From Rebecca billardiae RCC1528 (taxonomy: Eukaryota > Protista > Haptophyta): a stretch of 64,000 nt of DNA. Below the pieces are notes generated by a model. That model was given only the letters and a program-made list of their open reading frames with translations. It made no database searches and was not told the DNA's origin. Location of the stretch: positions 682,001 through 746,000 of the forward strand of contig OZ251246.1 of the NCBI GenBank assembly GCA_965240325.2, in the 5' to 3' direction. Both the position numbers and the translations under genes were made by a program. Each line of letters starts with the position of its first letter. The first letter of the stretch is position 1. This document shows, piece by piece, positions 22,802-34,157 of the stretch.

Positions 22802-24430
22802 TCACCTATGTGATGCCGCCTCCAAAGATGTCGATGACGAGGACGATGCCGAGTCAGCCGCACGCGGCCCGACCGCGTGCGGCATCACCGCCGCGAGCCA
22901 GACGTCGCGGATGGCCTGCTGCTGCCCGCTCGTGGCGAACACCTCCGTCTCGCTCAGCTGGTGCCCGAGCAGGAGCAGCTCGACGGCGCGCTCACGCTGC
23001 GCCGGCGGGAACAGCTCGTGTGTGCGCGCGCTCCACGGCCCAGCCGCGGCCCGCACCAGCAGTGCAGCGGGTGTGCCGGGCGCGCCGGGCGAGTCCAGCA
23101 CGCGCTGCGCGAGCTCGAGAGGGCTCGGGGCGCCGGGCGTGGGCGCGCGCGCGTGCAGGTCGGCCCCGCCGCGCAGCAGCTCGCGCACGCGCGCGCAGGG
23201 CAGCACCTCGACGAAGTGCAGCGGCGCGACCCACTCGCGGGTCCGGCCCAGCCAATCGGCCGCAAGCGCCGCGTGCGCCGCGTCTGCCGAGGAATGGCGG
23301 CCGCGTAGGCTCGCGTCGAGGGCCATCTGCTCCGCGCTCCGGCCGGTGGGGAAGCCGCGCCGCGCGCCGTGTGCGCAGAGCAGCTGCGCCATCGGCACCG
23401 ACGGCCCCGCCGCCAGCGACGCCTCCAGCGGCGTGAGCCCCTTCCGTGTCTGCTGGTTCACATCTGCGGCCGCGCCGAGCAGAGCGGCGGCACACTCCAG
23501 CCGACCGGCGGCGCGCGGCTGCGCGCAGCACGCGTGCAGCGCTGTGTTGCCGGAGTACGTGGCGAAGCCGACGCCGGCGCCCGCGTCGAGGAGCGCGCGC
23601 ACGATCGGCGCGCGCCCGGCCTGGCATGCCGCGATGAGCGCAGTGCACTCGCCCGTCGTGGTGACGGCGTTCACGTCCGCCGAGTGCCGCAGCAGCAGCA
23701 TGGCAAGCTCCAACAGCCCGCGGCTGCACGCCCACATTAGCGCGCTGCGGCCGTGCAGCACGGGCGCGTTCACGCTCGAGCCGTGCCGGACGAGCAGCAT
23801 CGCCGTCTCGGCGCGGTTCTCCTCGCACGCGCACCACAGCGCCGTGCGCCCGCCCTGCATCGACCGGTTCGGATCCGCGCGCGCGCCGAGCAGCAGCACG
23901 CACGTCGCGCTGTGTCCGAGCATTGACGCGCTCATCAGCGCGGTCGAGCCGAGCTCGGTCGCCTTGTCCGCGCGCGCGCCCGCGTCGAGGAGCAGCCGCG
24001 CGCACGAGGTCTCGCCCGCGAGCGACGCCCACATCAGCGCGGTCCGGCCGAAGCCCGGGGCGCCATCCACGTCCGCGCGCGCTCTCAGCAGCGCGCGCAC
24101 GCATGGCTCCGCGCCCACGCGGCACGCCTCCATGAGCGCGGTGGTCTCGTCACACGCGCGCTCAATGTCGGCGCGGGCGATGAGCAGCTCGGCCACGAGC
24201 TCCGCGTGCCCGCCCTCGCATGCGCGCAGCAGCGGCGTGCGCCGGCCGTGCCGCGCCTCGGACGAAGGCGCCGCCGCGTTCACGTCCGCACCGCGCGCGA
24301 TGAACGCGCGCGCGCCCTCGAGGTCGCCCGCCGCGCACGCGGCGAGCAGGTCGGCGTCCTCCGCGCTCACCGCCTCCGCCTCATGCGGCGCGGGCGGCTT
24401 GCCCGCACCGGCTCGCAGCGCCGTGGGCAT
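22802..24430 (-). CDS. Ankyrin-repeat protein
   Basis: About 10 ankyrin repeats (TPLLRAC..GH, TALMEAC, GRTALMWAS, TALMSAS..GH, GNTALHAC, GLTPLEA) followed by a C-terminal PWSARTHELFP..RAVELLLLG segment. Confidence 0.92.
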   Translation of the reverse strand: MPTALRAGAGKPPAPHEAEAVSAEDADLLAACAAGDLEGARAFIARGADVNAAAPSSEARHGRRTPLLRACEGGHAELVAELLIARADIERACDETTALMEACRVGAEPCVRALLRARADVDGAPGFGRTALMWASLAGETSCARLLLDAGARADKATELGSTALMSASMLGHSATCVLLLGARADPNRSMQGGRTALWCACEENRAETAMLLVRHGSSVNAPVLHGRSALMWACSRGLLELAMLLLRHSADVNAVTTTGECTALIAACQAGRAPIVRALLDAGAGVGFATYSGNTALHACCAQPRAAGRLECAAALLGAAADVNQQTRKGLTPLEASLAAGPSVPMAQLLCAHGARRGFPTGRSAEQMALDASLRGRHSSADAAHAALAADWLGRTREWVAPLHFVEVLPCARVRELLRGGADLHARAPTPGAPSPLELAQRVLDSPGAPGTPAALLVRAAAGPWSARTHELFPPAQRERAVELLLLGHQLSETEVFATSGQQQAIRDVWLAAVMPHAVGPRAADSASSSSSTSLEAASHR

Positions 24431-24779
24431 GGGGCGCGTTGGACCGAGTCTTGACGGTCCAACGCGCTGAGGGCGGGCGTGAACGGGGGACGATGATGAC
24501 GCCTCATCACCGACATCGGTCCCCGACGGCAGGCCGGGCGTCGCCTCGACCTCGAGGCGCCTGGCTCAGCGTGCTTTCCCAGAGTCTCACTCCGAACGTG
24601 CCATCATGCTACGGACTGCAGCACCGCAGCACGAGCTTGACACCAGGCCCGAGCTTGGTGATGGCAGCCGCCTGCACCGCCTCCGTGTCCACACACTGAC
24701 ACTGAAACAGCGCGACAGGCTGCGTCGAGCAGATATCTAAGACGATGTCGCGCGGTCCTGCCAGCTCGCGACACAGCGG

Positions 24780-25703
24780 TCACGCTCGCGCCACGCCCGC
24801 GATATGCGGCGAGATCAGCCACTGGTCCGGCACGCGGAACGCCTCGGCGTCCACCTGGGCGAACCCTGCGCCCTCGATGGCCTGCAGCGTGCGCCGCGTC
24901 ACGTGGCAGCCGTCTGCAAGCGTCGACTGCAAGCCGTCAAGCACACGCTGTTGGAGGGCGAGCGACGGGTCTGACTCGGCGAGGACGTGCTCGATGAAGA
25001 AGAAGTGCCCACCCGGCGCGAGCACGCGCCGCACCTCCGCCAGCGCCTCGCGCTGCGACGCCACGGAGCACAGCACCAGCGTGCACACGACGGCGTCCGC
25101 GCTCGCGTCAGCCAGCGGCAGACGCTCCGCCTCCGCCTCGACGAGCTCGAGCTGGCCGCCGAGGCCCGCGTCAGCGGCAGCGGCGCGCGCGTAGCTCCAC
25201 ATCGCGCGATTCGGCTCGATGCCCACCACGTTGGCCCGTGCGAGCGCGCGCTTCGGATAGCTCACGAGGTTTGGACCGGTGCCCATACCAAGCTCGACGA
25301 TCGTCAGCGGCCGGTCGGCGCGCGCCGGCGGGCGCAGCTGGTCGAGCTGCGCGAAGAGCGCGCGCTTGCGCTCGCGGATAGCCGTCTCGTACGACTGCAT
25401 GCTCGTCGCCATCGCCTCCGCGAACACCGCGTTCTCGCGCGCGCCCGCCGCACCGCCGCCCAGCAGCCCGCAGCCGCACGGGCAAGCACCGAGAGCGAGG
25501 CCGGCCGTGCCAGCGCCGAGGACGGCACGGCGCGTCAGCCGCGAGGGCGCGCACGGATGCCGTGGGGTTGGCGCGCGCGGATGCCGTGGGGCTGGCGCGC
25601 GGCGGGTCTGGTGAGCCGACTGCACGGCAGCCGGCAGGGCTGCCGCCAGCAGCAGGAGCAGAAGTGAGGGCATACGCGCTCGTCGAGCGGACGGCGCCGC
25701 CAT
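24780..25703 (-). CDS. Class I SAM-dependent methyltransferase (type 11, METTL7/TMT1-like) with signal peptide; start 25703 or 25673
   Basis: Motifs IVELGMGTGPN, GIEPN..M, AERLPLADASADAVVCTLVLCSV, EVRRVLAPGG.FFFIEHV and LADGCHVTR. N-terminus MPSLLLLLLAAALPAAVQS. Confidence 0.9.
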   Translation of the reverse strand: MAAPSARRARMPSLLLLLLAAALPAAVQSAHQTRRAPAPRHPRAPTPRHPCAPSRLTRRAVLGAGTAGLALGACPCGCGLLGGGAAGARENAVFAEAMATSMQSYETAIRERKRALFAQLDQLRPPARADRPLTIVELGMGTGPNLVSYPKRALARANVVGIEPNRAMWSYARAAAADAGLGGQLELVEAEAERLPLADASADAVVCTLVLCSVASQREALAEVRRVLAPGGHFFFIEHVLAESDPSLALQQRVLDGLQSTLADGCHVTRRTLQAIEGAGFAQVDAEAFRVPDQWLISPHIAGVARA

Positions 25704-25847
25704 CTTGGTGTCAGTATGTATCCTTGGGTAGATCTCAGTGAAACAGGCAAGCTGAACTCTGCTGGAGCGCGGGGCGCGGGCGCGCGCGGGTGTCGTCGGG
25801 GTGTGTTCGCGCGGGCGACCCACCGCATCATCGCTCGGCCGGCTGCG

Positions 25848-27733
25848 ATGGCCGAGCCACTCCAGGGCGCGTGGGTGGAGGTGGCCCCGCAGACAGAGCC
25901 CGTCCAGGGCACGTCCGACCACATCAGCGTGCGCTACTCGCACGCCGGCGTCGCGTGGCACGGCTCGATGTTCGTTTCGCACGGGTACTTTTACAACCAC
26001 AAGCGGCACCGGCCCGCGTGGCAGTCGGACACGTGGCGCTTCGACCTGCGCGCGCTCAAATGGGAGCGCGTGCACCGGGCGTGGACCGGCGATGGCGACG
26101 CGTCCACCCCCAGCCCGCGCTACTCCACCTCGGCCGTCATCGACGCGCCGCGCGGCCGCATGCTCATGTTTGGCGGCGACGACGGTGGCCACCGCGAGTC
26201 GCCGAACAATTACATATTCGGCGCGCACTTCGACGAGCTGTGGGCGTTCGACCTGGAGCGGCACGCCTGGTCGCGCACGTACAAGCCCCCGGGCGCGGCC
26301 TGGCCCGCGAAGCGCGCGCTGCACGGCGCGGCGATCGCGAACGGGCGCATGCATGTGTATGGGGGGCTGGGGATCTCCGACCACTGGGCGTACGAGCTGG
26401 AGAGCGGCGCGTGGCTCAAGGTCGCGGCGACGTCGGCGGAGTCGGCGTCCGACTCCGCGGGCGAAGGGTACGCCGACGCGTACCCCACCGGCCCTGGCTC
26501 GCGCCACGCCCTCAAGCTCGCGGCGGGCGGCGACGGCCGAGGCATCTATTTGTTCGGCGGCTCTCGGCACGGCACAAAAGGCGCGATGCGGCCCAAGGTG
26601 TTCGACGACCTGTGGTACTTCGCGGAGACGGGGGCGCGCGGCGGCGTGCTCGAGGGCGTGTGGCTCCGCCTCGGCGGCGGCACGGCCAGGATCACGCCGC
26701 CCAAGCCGGGCGCGCCGCCTCCGGACACGGGCAACCTCTGGCCCGGGCCGCGCGGCCACCACTCGCTGATCACCCTCGCGCCCGAGTCCGGACTGGACGT
26801 GGGGGTGGTGCTCTTCGGCGGGGCGATGTGCTCGCCGGGGTGCGCGTGCTACAACGACACGTGGGTCTTCGTGCCGCGCGAGCGCGCCTTCCACCGCGTC
26901 CAGGTGCGCGCGCCCGAGCGCGGCATGCTCCGAGTGCGCGGCCGCTGGCTGACAGTCACTCGGGCGCCGGTTGACTCAGCTCAGCCGCGCGCGCTGCCCG
27001 GCCGGGGCCCGCCTGTCGCCGCGCGCGCAGGTGGCGGAGCCGATCATCTGGCGGTACCGGCAGTCGCTCGTGTACAGCCCCGAAGACAAGGCGTTCTACA
27101 CCTTCGGCGGCGAATCCTACCGCCCGTACATGTGCGCGCGATGGGCTCGCGCGCACCCCCCCCCTCGTCACTTGGCGTGCGGGCGGCCCTGCGGACTCAA
27201 GCCCCGCGCCCCGCTGACTGCCGGGCCCCGCGGCGCGGCGCGGCACTGCACGGCGCAGGTACCACAACTCCGTGTCCAAGCTGACGCTCCCGACCGGCTG
27301 GATCGACGCACAGCTCGAGGCGGAGCGCGCGTCTCCCCACCCGCCCTTCGTGCCGGCCGCAGCCGCAGCCCGCAGCGCTGCCCTCAGCGCCAGCGCGCCC
27401 TACGCAGCCGCGCCCGCGCTTGCGCGAGCAGACAGCGCGGTGGCGCCGCGCGAGGGCCCTGGCGCAGGCTCAGCTGCCGCCACCGGCGGCGCGCCGCTCG
27501 GTATGAGCGCGGCTGCGCCTGCACCCATCCTCCGGCCGGCGCAGGCCTCTGCCATGCCAGCCGTGGGGGCGGCGACGGCGGCCGGCACCGCCGGCCTGCC
27601 ATGGTGGGCGTTCGCTGTGTTCGCGCTCGCAGCCGTCGCGCTCTGCGTGCGCTGTGCCGGCTCGCTGCGCTCGCGCAGGAGGGGGAAGGCCTACGGCCGC
27701 GCGCCGACGGGCAGCGCTGACGAGGATGTGTGA
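25848..27733 (+). CDS. Kelch-repeat beta-propeller protein with C-terminal TM helix; exons 25848-26903, 27031-27131, 27259-27733
   Basis: Kelch motifs (RYSHA..MFVSHG..DTWRFD, PSPRYS..MLMFGG..DELWAFD, LHGAA..VYGG, YLFGG..DDLWYF, PGPRGHHS..VLFGG..NDTWVF, FYTFGG). GT-AG introns join the three ORF pieces in frame. TM helix WWAFAVFALAAVALCV. Start uncertain (alternative 25716). Confidence 0.85.
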
Positions 27734-27971
27734 CGACGATGCCGTGCACGTCGCACGACCATGACGACGACCTCCGACAAGGCGGCGGCTGCGATTTGAG
27801 TCACTGCAGCATGGTTGATGAGCAACGCGCAGTGAATGACGATCACGGATCAGCCGTGCGCCGATCGTTGTCCTACGATCGTTGTAGGTCACTTGTCCTC
27901 ATTGGAACCGCCGTCGCCGAAGACAACGACGTGCCAGACATACCGGTCATCCATTGACAGTCGTCGTAATA

Positions 27972-28018
<47 letters not shown>
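27972..28018. repeat. (TTA)n microsatellite
   Basis: Direct. Confidence 0.95.
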
Positions 28019-28020
<2 letters not shown>

Positions 28021-28590
28021 ATAAGCTATATATCATACGGTCGATAATAATTAAACTGTTAATTAAAACAAAATCCATGCGCAATATTATTATAATAATG
28101 TCGTCTGCTACGACAGTGACGAGTCGTCAGAGAGAGAAAGAGAGAGAGAGACGAGAGAGAGAGAGATCAGCAGAGTCACACCAGCGGCGAACACTGCGCG
28201 CCTTCGAGTTCGAAATCGAAACGCGAATAACGATGCCACTCAGGTTGACTGTAGTCGTGACCGACTGACGTCGGACGTCGTGACGGGCACGCCGCACTGG
28301 ACGCGCACGGGCCCTGGCACGGGCACGGTGACGGTTTCCCGGACGCCTGCGAGTCGCGTGCGAATCCTCGTCAGCAGATGATGAGTCCGTATCGTGGTCG
28401 TCTATCGGATCGAGTCATCGTCCGCATCCACATCGTCATCGCCACCGTCCGGTCTCCGGACGCGGTGGAGGGTCTCGTTCGTCAGCGCCTTACGGGGCCC
28501 CTGCCAGGCGGGCCGTACCGTGCCCGCACTCACGCTGCATGCCGCAGGCACGAGCCGCCACCGCCGCCGCCGCCGCCACCGCCGCCGCCA

Positions 28591-29004
28591 TCATGGCTTG
28601 TTCTTGTGCCTGTTCAGCCGCCTGCGCTTCTTCAGCTTGTGCTTGTTCATCTTCTTCACGCGCTTCTTCTTGGTGGAGGAGAGCTCGAGCGCGGGCGGCG
28701 TCGGCTGCAGGGGCATTGGCACCTCGATCGGTGCACGCTCGATAACCAGCTGCGAGGCGAGGAGAGGTAGCACGGTGTGCGCCGGCGGCGGGGGTGGCGG
28801 CGCCGCGACGCTCACCTTTGCGTGTGCGCACTTGTCGGCGGTGGCAAATGGCTCCCAGCCCAGCGGCGGAGCGCGCGCGAGCAGCGAGTGCCCGAACTGT
28901 GCGCCGGGCGAGGGCCCGAGCCACTGCGGCCGTCGCGTCGCGCGCGCAGCGAGCTCAAATCGCGCGCCGGCGATTGCACGATGAGCTGCGCGTCTCGTCG
29001 CCAT
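28591..29004 (-). CDS. Mitochondrial small-subunit ribosomal protein mS38 (COX24/AURKAIP1, DUF1713)
   Basis: C-terminal signature LSSTKKKRVKKMNKHKLKKRRR and an Arg-rich presequence-like N-terminus. Confidence 0.85.
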   Translation of the reverse strand: MATRRAAHRAIAGARFELAARATRRPQWLGPSPGAQFGHSLLARAPPLGWEPFATADKCAHAKVSVAAPPPPPPAHTVLPLLASQLVIERAPIEVPMPLQPTPPALELSSTKKKRVKKMNKHKLKKRRRLNRHKNKP

Positions 29005-29215
29005 CGCTCCCTCCCGGCCTTGGGTCCGGGCGTGCTACCAGAGTACGGTGTATCTTCCTGCGTCCGGACCGACGATTGTTACTCGCAAACGGCCCCGGGT
29101 AAGATCGAGCCTTTCCTAAAAGCACCAAAGCAGATCGAGAGTCGAGGCCGACTCAGCAAGTTGGCCTCCAACAGCGGGGTGGCGCGCGCCCGCGCCCGCG
29201 GCGGGCTCAGCGGCG

Positions 29216-32200
29216 ATGGGCTCGCACGAGCCACCCTCGCCATTCAGTCGCACGGGCACGCAGGACCTGTCCCGCCCGCCCTTCCGACGCCGCGAATCGA
29301 CGGGCGTCAACACGAGGTCGGCCAGTAACTCCCGTCGCAACTCTCTCAACATTGTGGGCAACCCGGCGGCCGACCCGCGGCTGATGCAGACGATCGCGAC
29401 GGAGATGCTGCTCACGTGCGGTGGGACTTCGTCGGCGTTCCCGACGAATATCGCGCCGATGACGCCCACCCATCGCCGCGGCTCGCGCGAGGAGATGGTC
29501 GGCGGCGGCGGCGGCGCACACGCGCCCAAGTCGCCCGGCCGCCGCCCGACTGGCAGTCGCTTCGGGCCGCCGGACCGCACGATGAGCTCGGGGCTGCTGC
29601 TCGACGGCGCGGACGAGGCTGCGCGCATCATGGCGTCGGCGCCCAAGACCTCGCGCCCGGCCGACCGCCGCGGCTCCGACTCGGCGGGGAACTGGAGCAA
29701 GCGCGCGGCCGTCGCCTCTGGCACAATGACTCCAGGCAGGCGCTCGCTCGATCAGCCGGGCAACTGGGCGGCGGCGACGTCGACGACGCCGGGGCGGCGC
29801 GACGGCCCGGGCAACTGGGCGCAGACGCCCGGCCGGCTCAACGCTGGCCAGCGCTGGGTCGCCAACCCGGCGATCGACGCCGCAGCCGTCGCTCAGGCGA
29901 TGGTTGATGTGCCACCGCCTCCGCCGCTCAACCGCCGCTACTCGCAGGGTGTGGGCTCGCGGCGCTCGTCGCTCAAGCGCGCGGTGAACAAGGCGCAGAC
30001 GAGCGCGCGCGTCTTCCTCCGCTCGGCCACGCGCACCTCGCTCGTCGCCACCGAGGGCGACGACGCGCACTCGCAGCAGGACCTGGATGGGCTGAACGAC
30101 GATCTCGGCGCGGGAGATTCCGATCTCGGCGCCGATGAGGAGCTCGACCCGCGCTCGCTGCTGATCATGCGGATGCGCCGCGCGCTCAACCTGCACTTCG
30201 TCTTCTCGCTCGCGGTGCGTGCGCGCGCGCCTTGCGGCCGGCCGGCGCGTGGCCCCCGCGCGGCCCGCCAGAGCCGCCGCGCCCCTCGCCCACGCGCGCG
30301 CCCACTCGCCCGCCCACGCCGCCGCCCCCGCTGCCCACGCCGCCGCCCCCGCTCCCGCGCGCGCCCTCGCCCTCCGCCGCGCGCGCGCACGCGCGCGCGT
30401 GCAGGCCATCCCGCTGATGATGTTCGAGCTCGAGGTGGTGTACGACTTCTACGGCGACTTCTCGCAGCGCTCGGGCGTGGGGCCGGTCGAGTCGGGCGCG
30501 CAGGACGTGCTCGAAGAGGCGCTGGCGGCGGACGTGGCGCGGACGGCGGCGCAGGACGACTCGGCGCTCACGCCGTACGCGACACACGTCACGCTCGCGC
30601 ACTTGCTCAAGGGGTCGATCTCGTTCCTCTCGCTCCTCGCCTTCTACGAGCTGTGCAAGTACTACCTGCTCTGGGGCAAGCTGGTCACGCCCGCGACGTT
30701 CGCCGGCGCGATGGAGGAGTACGGCGAGGAGGAGGACGAGGCGGAGGAGAGGCTGGACGCAATCGACGAGCGTGCGGAGGAGGCGGCACACGGTGGCGAG
30801 GAGGAGGACGACGACAACGTCGCCGTGGAGGTGACGCCGGGGGTCGTCGTGGGTGCGGCGAGGTCGGGCGCGCCCGAGGACGCGCGCGGCGCGGGCGGCA
30901 GTGCGGGCGGCGGTGCCGCCGCCGCCGCCGCCGCGGATGCCGCCGCCGCTGCGGCCGCGGACGGCGGCGCGAGGGGCGCGCGGGCGTCTGACGCTGAAGC
31001 GGAGGAGCTGATTGTCGAGACGAAGCGGCGGCGGAGCTCCGTCGCGAGGCTGCTGCGCGGCCTGACCTCGAGCAAGCTGCCCGGGCTCGGCGCGGGCCTG
31101 CAGACCAGCCAGTCGTCCGTGCACCCGGCCCGCAGCTCGGGCGCGGCGGGCGGCGCCGAGGAGGAGGGCACGGCCAGCTTCGCCGGCCGCGCGCGCGGCT
31201 CGGTCGGGAGCACTGCGTCGTCGTCCGAGCAGCAGCGGCGCGAGCGCTCGAAGCGCTGGTCGATCGGCGTGCTCGGCAGGCGCAGCGCGGGCTCGGAGGA
31301 GGCGGGCGCGGCGGGCGCGGCGGCGGGCGCGGCGGCGGCGCCCGCCGCCGCGCGCGAGCGGCGGTCCACAATGATCACGCACTTCCTCGCAGCCGGCGAG
31401 GGCGAGGGCGCGCCGCGCGCGCGGCTCGAGCGCGCGCTCGCGTTCGCGCAGCGGCTGCGCGTCTTCCTCTCGTGGGGCTTCGTCGGCGAGGCGGTGGTGT
31501 GCCTGTTCCACGTGCCGCCGTTTGTGGACTTCTCGATCACGATTCAGATGGCGTACCGCTCCGCCGTGTTCCTCTCTGTCGTCGACGGCGAGCAGCCGCT
31601 GCTGGCCGTGCAGACGAGCGGGGACCTGCTGAACATCTTGCTTCTGTTCCGGCTCTACTCGCTCGTGCGGTACATCCGCGAGCGCTCGATCCTCGGCTCG
31701 CGGCAGGCGCGGCTCGTGGGCGCGCTCAACGGCATCGAGTTCGATGCTTCGTTCACGCTCAAGACGCTGCTGCATACGCACCAGATGCAGATGACGTTCT
31801 CGATGATCATCGCGCTGCTGCTGCTGGGCGCTTACATCCTCTTCGTGCTCGAGCGCACGCACCCGTACGGCGGCGGGCCCAAGACGTTCCTCGACGCGCT
31901 CTGGCTGATGTACATCTCGGCGGCGACGGTCGGTTACGGCGAGATGCTCGCCGTCACGTACCCGGGGCGGATCGTGACAGTGATCGTCGTCGCTATCGCG
32001 GTCGTGCTCACGGCGGTGCAGGTGGCGGTCGTGACCAAGAAGCTGCAGCTGAGCCACCGCGAGCACAACGTGATCAAGGTGCTCGAGGACGAGCAGTTCG
32101 ACCGCATCCGGCAGGAGGCCGCGGCGAAGGTGCTGCAGGCGGGCGTGCGGTACTGGCTGACTGGCCGGCGCATGCGCGAGAAGATCGAAGCCGCGGCGCG

Positions 32201-33842
32201 CGACGCCGCCACCAAGGCCGAGGGCTACCGCGAGCGGCGCGTGGGCAAGCCGTCGTGGTGGCACCGGGAGAAGGCTGGGCAGCACACGCCGACCGCCTCG
32301 GCGCGGCGCAGCGAGTCGGCGCTCTCGCGCATCGCGTCGGAGGGCTCGGAGGGGGTCGACACGCCGGGCTCTTCGAGGCGCGGCGTGAGCACTGCCGACT
32401 CGGCATCCGGGCTCCTCACCGCACCCGGCGGCGGCCTGCGCGTGCTCACCGCCTCCGAGTACTCGGCGCCGACGCGCGAGATCGGGATCTCGGAGTCGAG
32501 CGTGGACGACTCGCCCGCGGCGTGCGCGCGCACCTCCGCGCTTCGCAAGTCGGCGGAGGGCGGCGGCGGCGACGACGCTTCGGCGGCGAGCAACGGCCCG
32601 CGCCGCGCGTCCGCGACGGTCGGGTTCGCCGACTCGAAGCTCACAGTCAAGCAGATCTCTCTGCGCGGGAACGCGCGCCCAACCAACTCGCCGGCGGGCG
32701 GCGGCGCGGCGGCGGGCGGCGGGCGCGTGGGGTGCCGCGGCGGCGGCATCACGGTGGAGGCTGGCTCGGGCGCGTCGTCGTCAACGGGCGGCCGAGCGCG
32801 CGCGTCGGCTGAGGGCGACGACGCGGCCGTGTCGGAGGCGGCGAGCACGCCGGTCGAGCGCCTTGACGGCGGGGCGTTGCAGTCCGAGCTGGAGGTGGTC
32901 GGGGGCGAGGGCGGGCAGGAGCCCACCGCGCTCGACGGCTCGCTCGACACCGCCGGCGGCGCCGACGGCGACGACCGCGACAGCGTGCGCGCGCGCCGCC
33001 GCTTCAAGCTGCAGGCACTCGCGGTGCCCGCGGCGGCGGGGCAGCACGGCCGGGGCGAGGCGGGCGAGCCGCCAGCTCTGGAGCTGGACGAGGCGGACGC
33101 GGACGCGTGCGCGGGGCGGCCAACGCCTGACGCAGCCGCCGAGCACGGCACGCCGCCCGACGACGACAAGTCGAGCGCGCCGCGCGTGCCGGTGGAGCGC
33201 GTCGCGTCGGCGCGGACGTCGGCGCTCGACGGCGTCACCGCCGCCAACACCGCTGCAAACCTGAAGGGCGCGGGCAGCAACATCCTGCGGCGCTCAGGCG
33301 TGCTCCGCGCCTCGCGCATGTTCACGTCTGGCACGCACGCGCAGCCCGGTGGCGCCGCCGCCGCGGCGGCCGCCGCCGAAGACGGCGGTGAGGACGAGGA
33401 CGGCTCCGCGCTCGCGCGCGCGCGCGCCCTGCGCGTCTCGCGCACTCTCTTCTCGGCCGCGCACGCGCGCGCGCTGCGGGAGCAGTTCTCGCGCGAGCGG
33501 CTGGTGGCACACATGCGGCTGCTCGCGGCGATCGACAACTTCCGCAACCTGCGCATCGCGATCTCGAACCGCTCGCGCTCCGAGATGGAGGTGCTCCGCG
33601 ACATGGTGCTCGAGGCCGTCTCGGAGGAGCTTGCCAAATCGTTTGAGCAGCTCGAGGTCGAGAACTCTGCGACGCGCGAGCGGCTGACGCACGCGCAGAC
33701 GCAGACGGGACAGCTCAAGGCGACGATCGACGCGCTGCGGCATGAGATGGCGGACGAGGCGCGGCGGCACAAGGAGCAGATGTCCGAGCTGGTGGGCCTC
33801 GTGCGGCAGCTCGTGCCCCAGCGAGAGGGCGGCGCGGCGGCG

Positions 33843-33883
<41 letters not shown>

Positions 33884-34157
33884 ACGGGGCGGCACGGACG
33901 GGGCCACACGCGGCGGTGCCGCCAGTGCGAGCGGCGTCGGCGGTGCCAGCAGCAGCAGGACCAGCAGCGGTGGCGGCGTGAAGAGCGTCAAGAAGCCGAT
34001 CGAGCTGGATGTCCCACTTGGAATCTCCGCAGGCTCGCCGGCCAGGCCGGTGATCGCCGAGAGGGGCGGCGCGCTCGGCGGCGATCTCGGGCTCGAGGAG
34101 ATTGCGCGGCGCAGGCAGCGGCGCTCCTTCTCGCTCAACGACCGACCGGAGATCTAG
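29216..34157 (+). CDS. SK-type (small-conductance Ca2+-activated) K+ channel-like protein; exons 29216-30214 and 30405-34157
   Basis: S3 EAVVCLFHVPP, S4 LLFRLYSLVRYI, the ALNGIEFDASFTLKTLL linker, pore FLDALWLMYISAATVGYGE, S6 ...AVVTKKLQLSHREHNV, and CaM-binding-like AAAKVLQAGVRYW and HMRLLAAIDNFRNLR. The phase-0 intron gtgcgt...tgcag lies at 30215-30404. Confidence 0.85.

Noticed and set aside
25704-26894. N-terminal 400 aa of the 704-aa methyltransferase ORF (apparent fusion)
   Set aside because: Antisense to the kelch gene. The real start is at 25703 or 25673.
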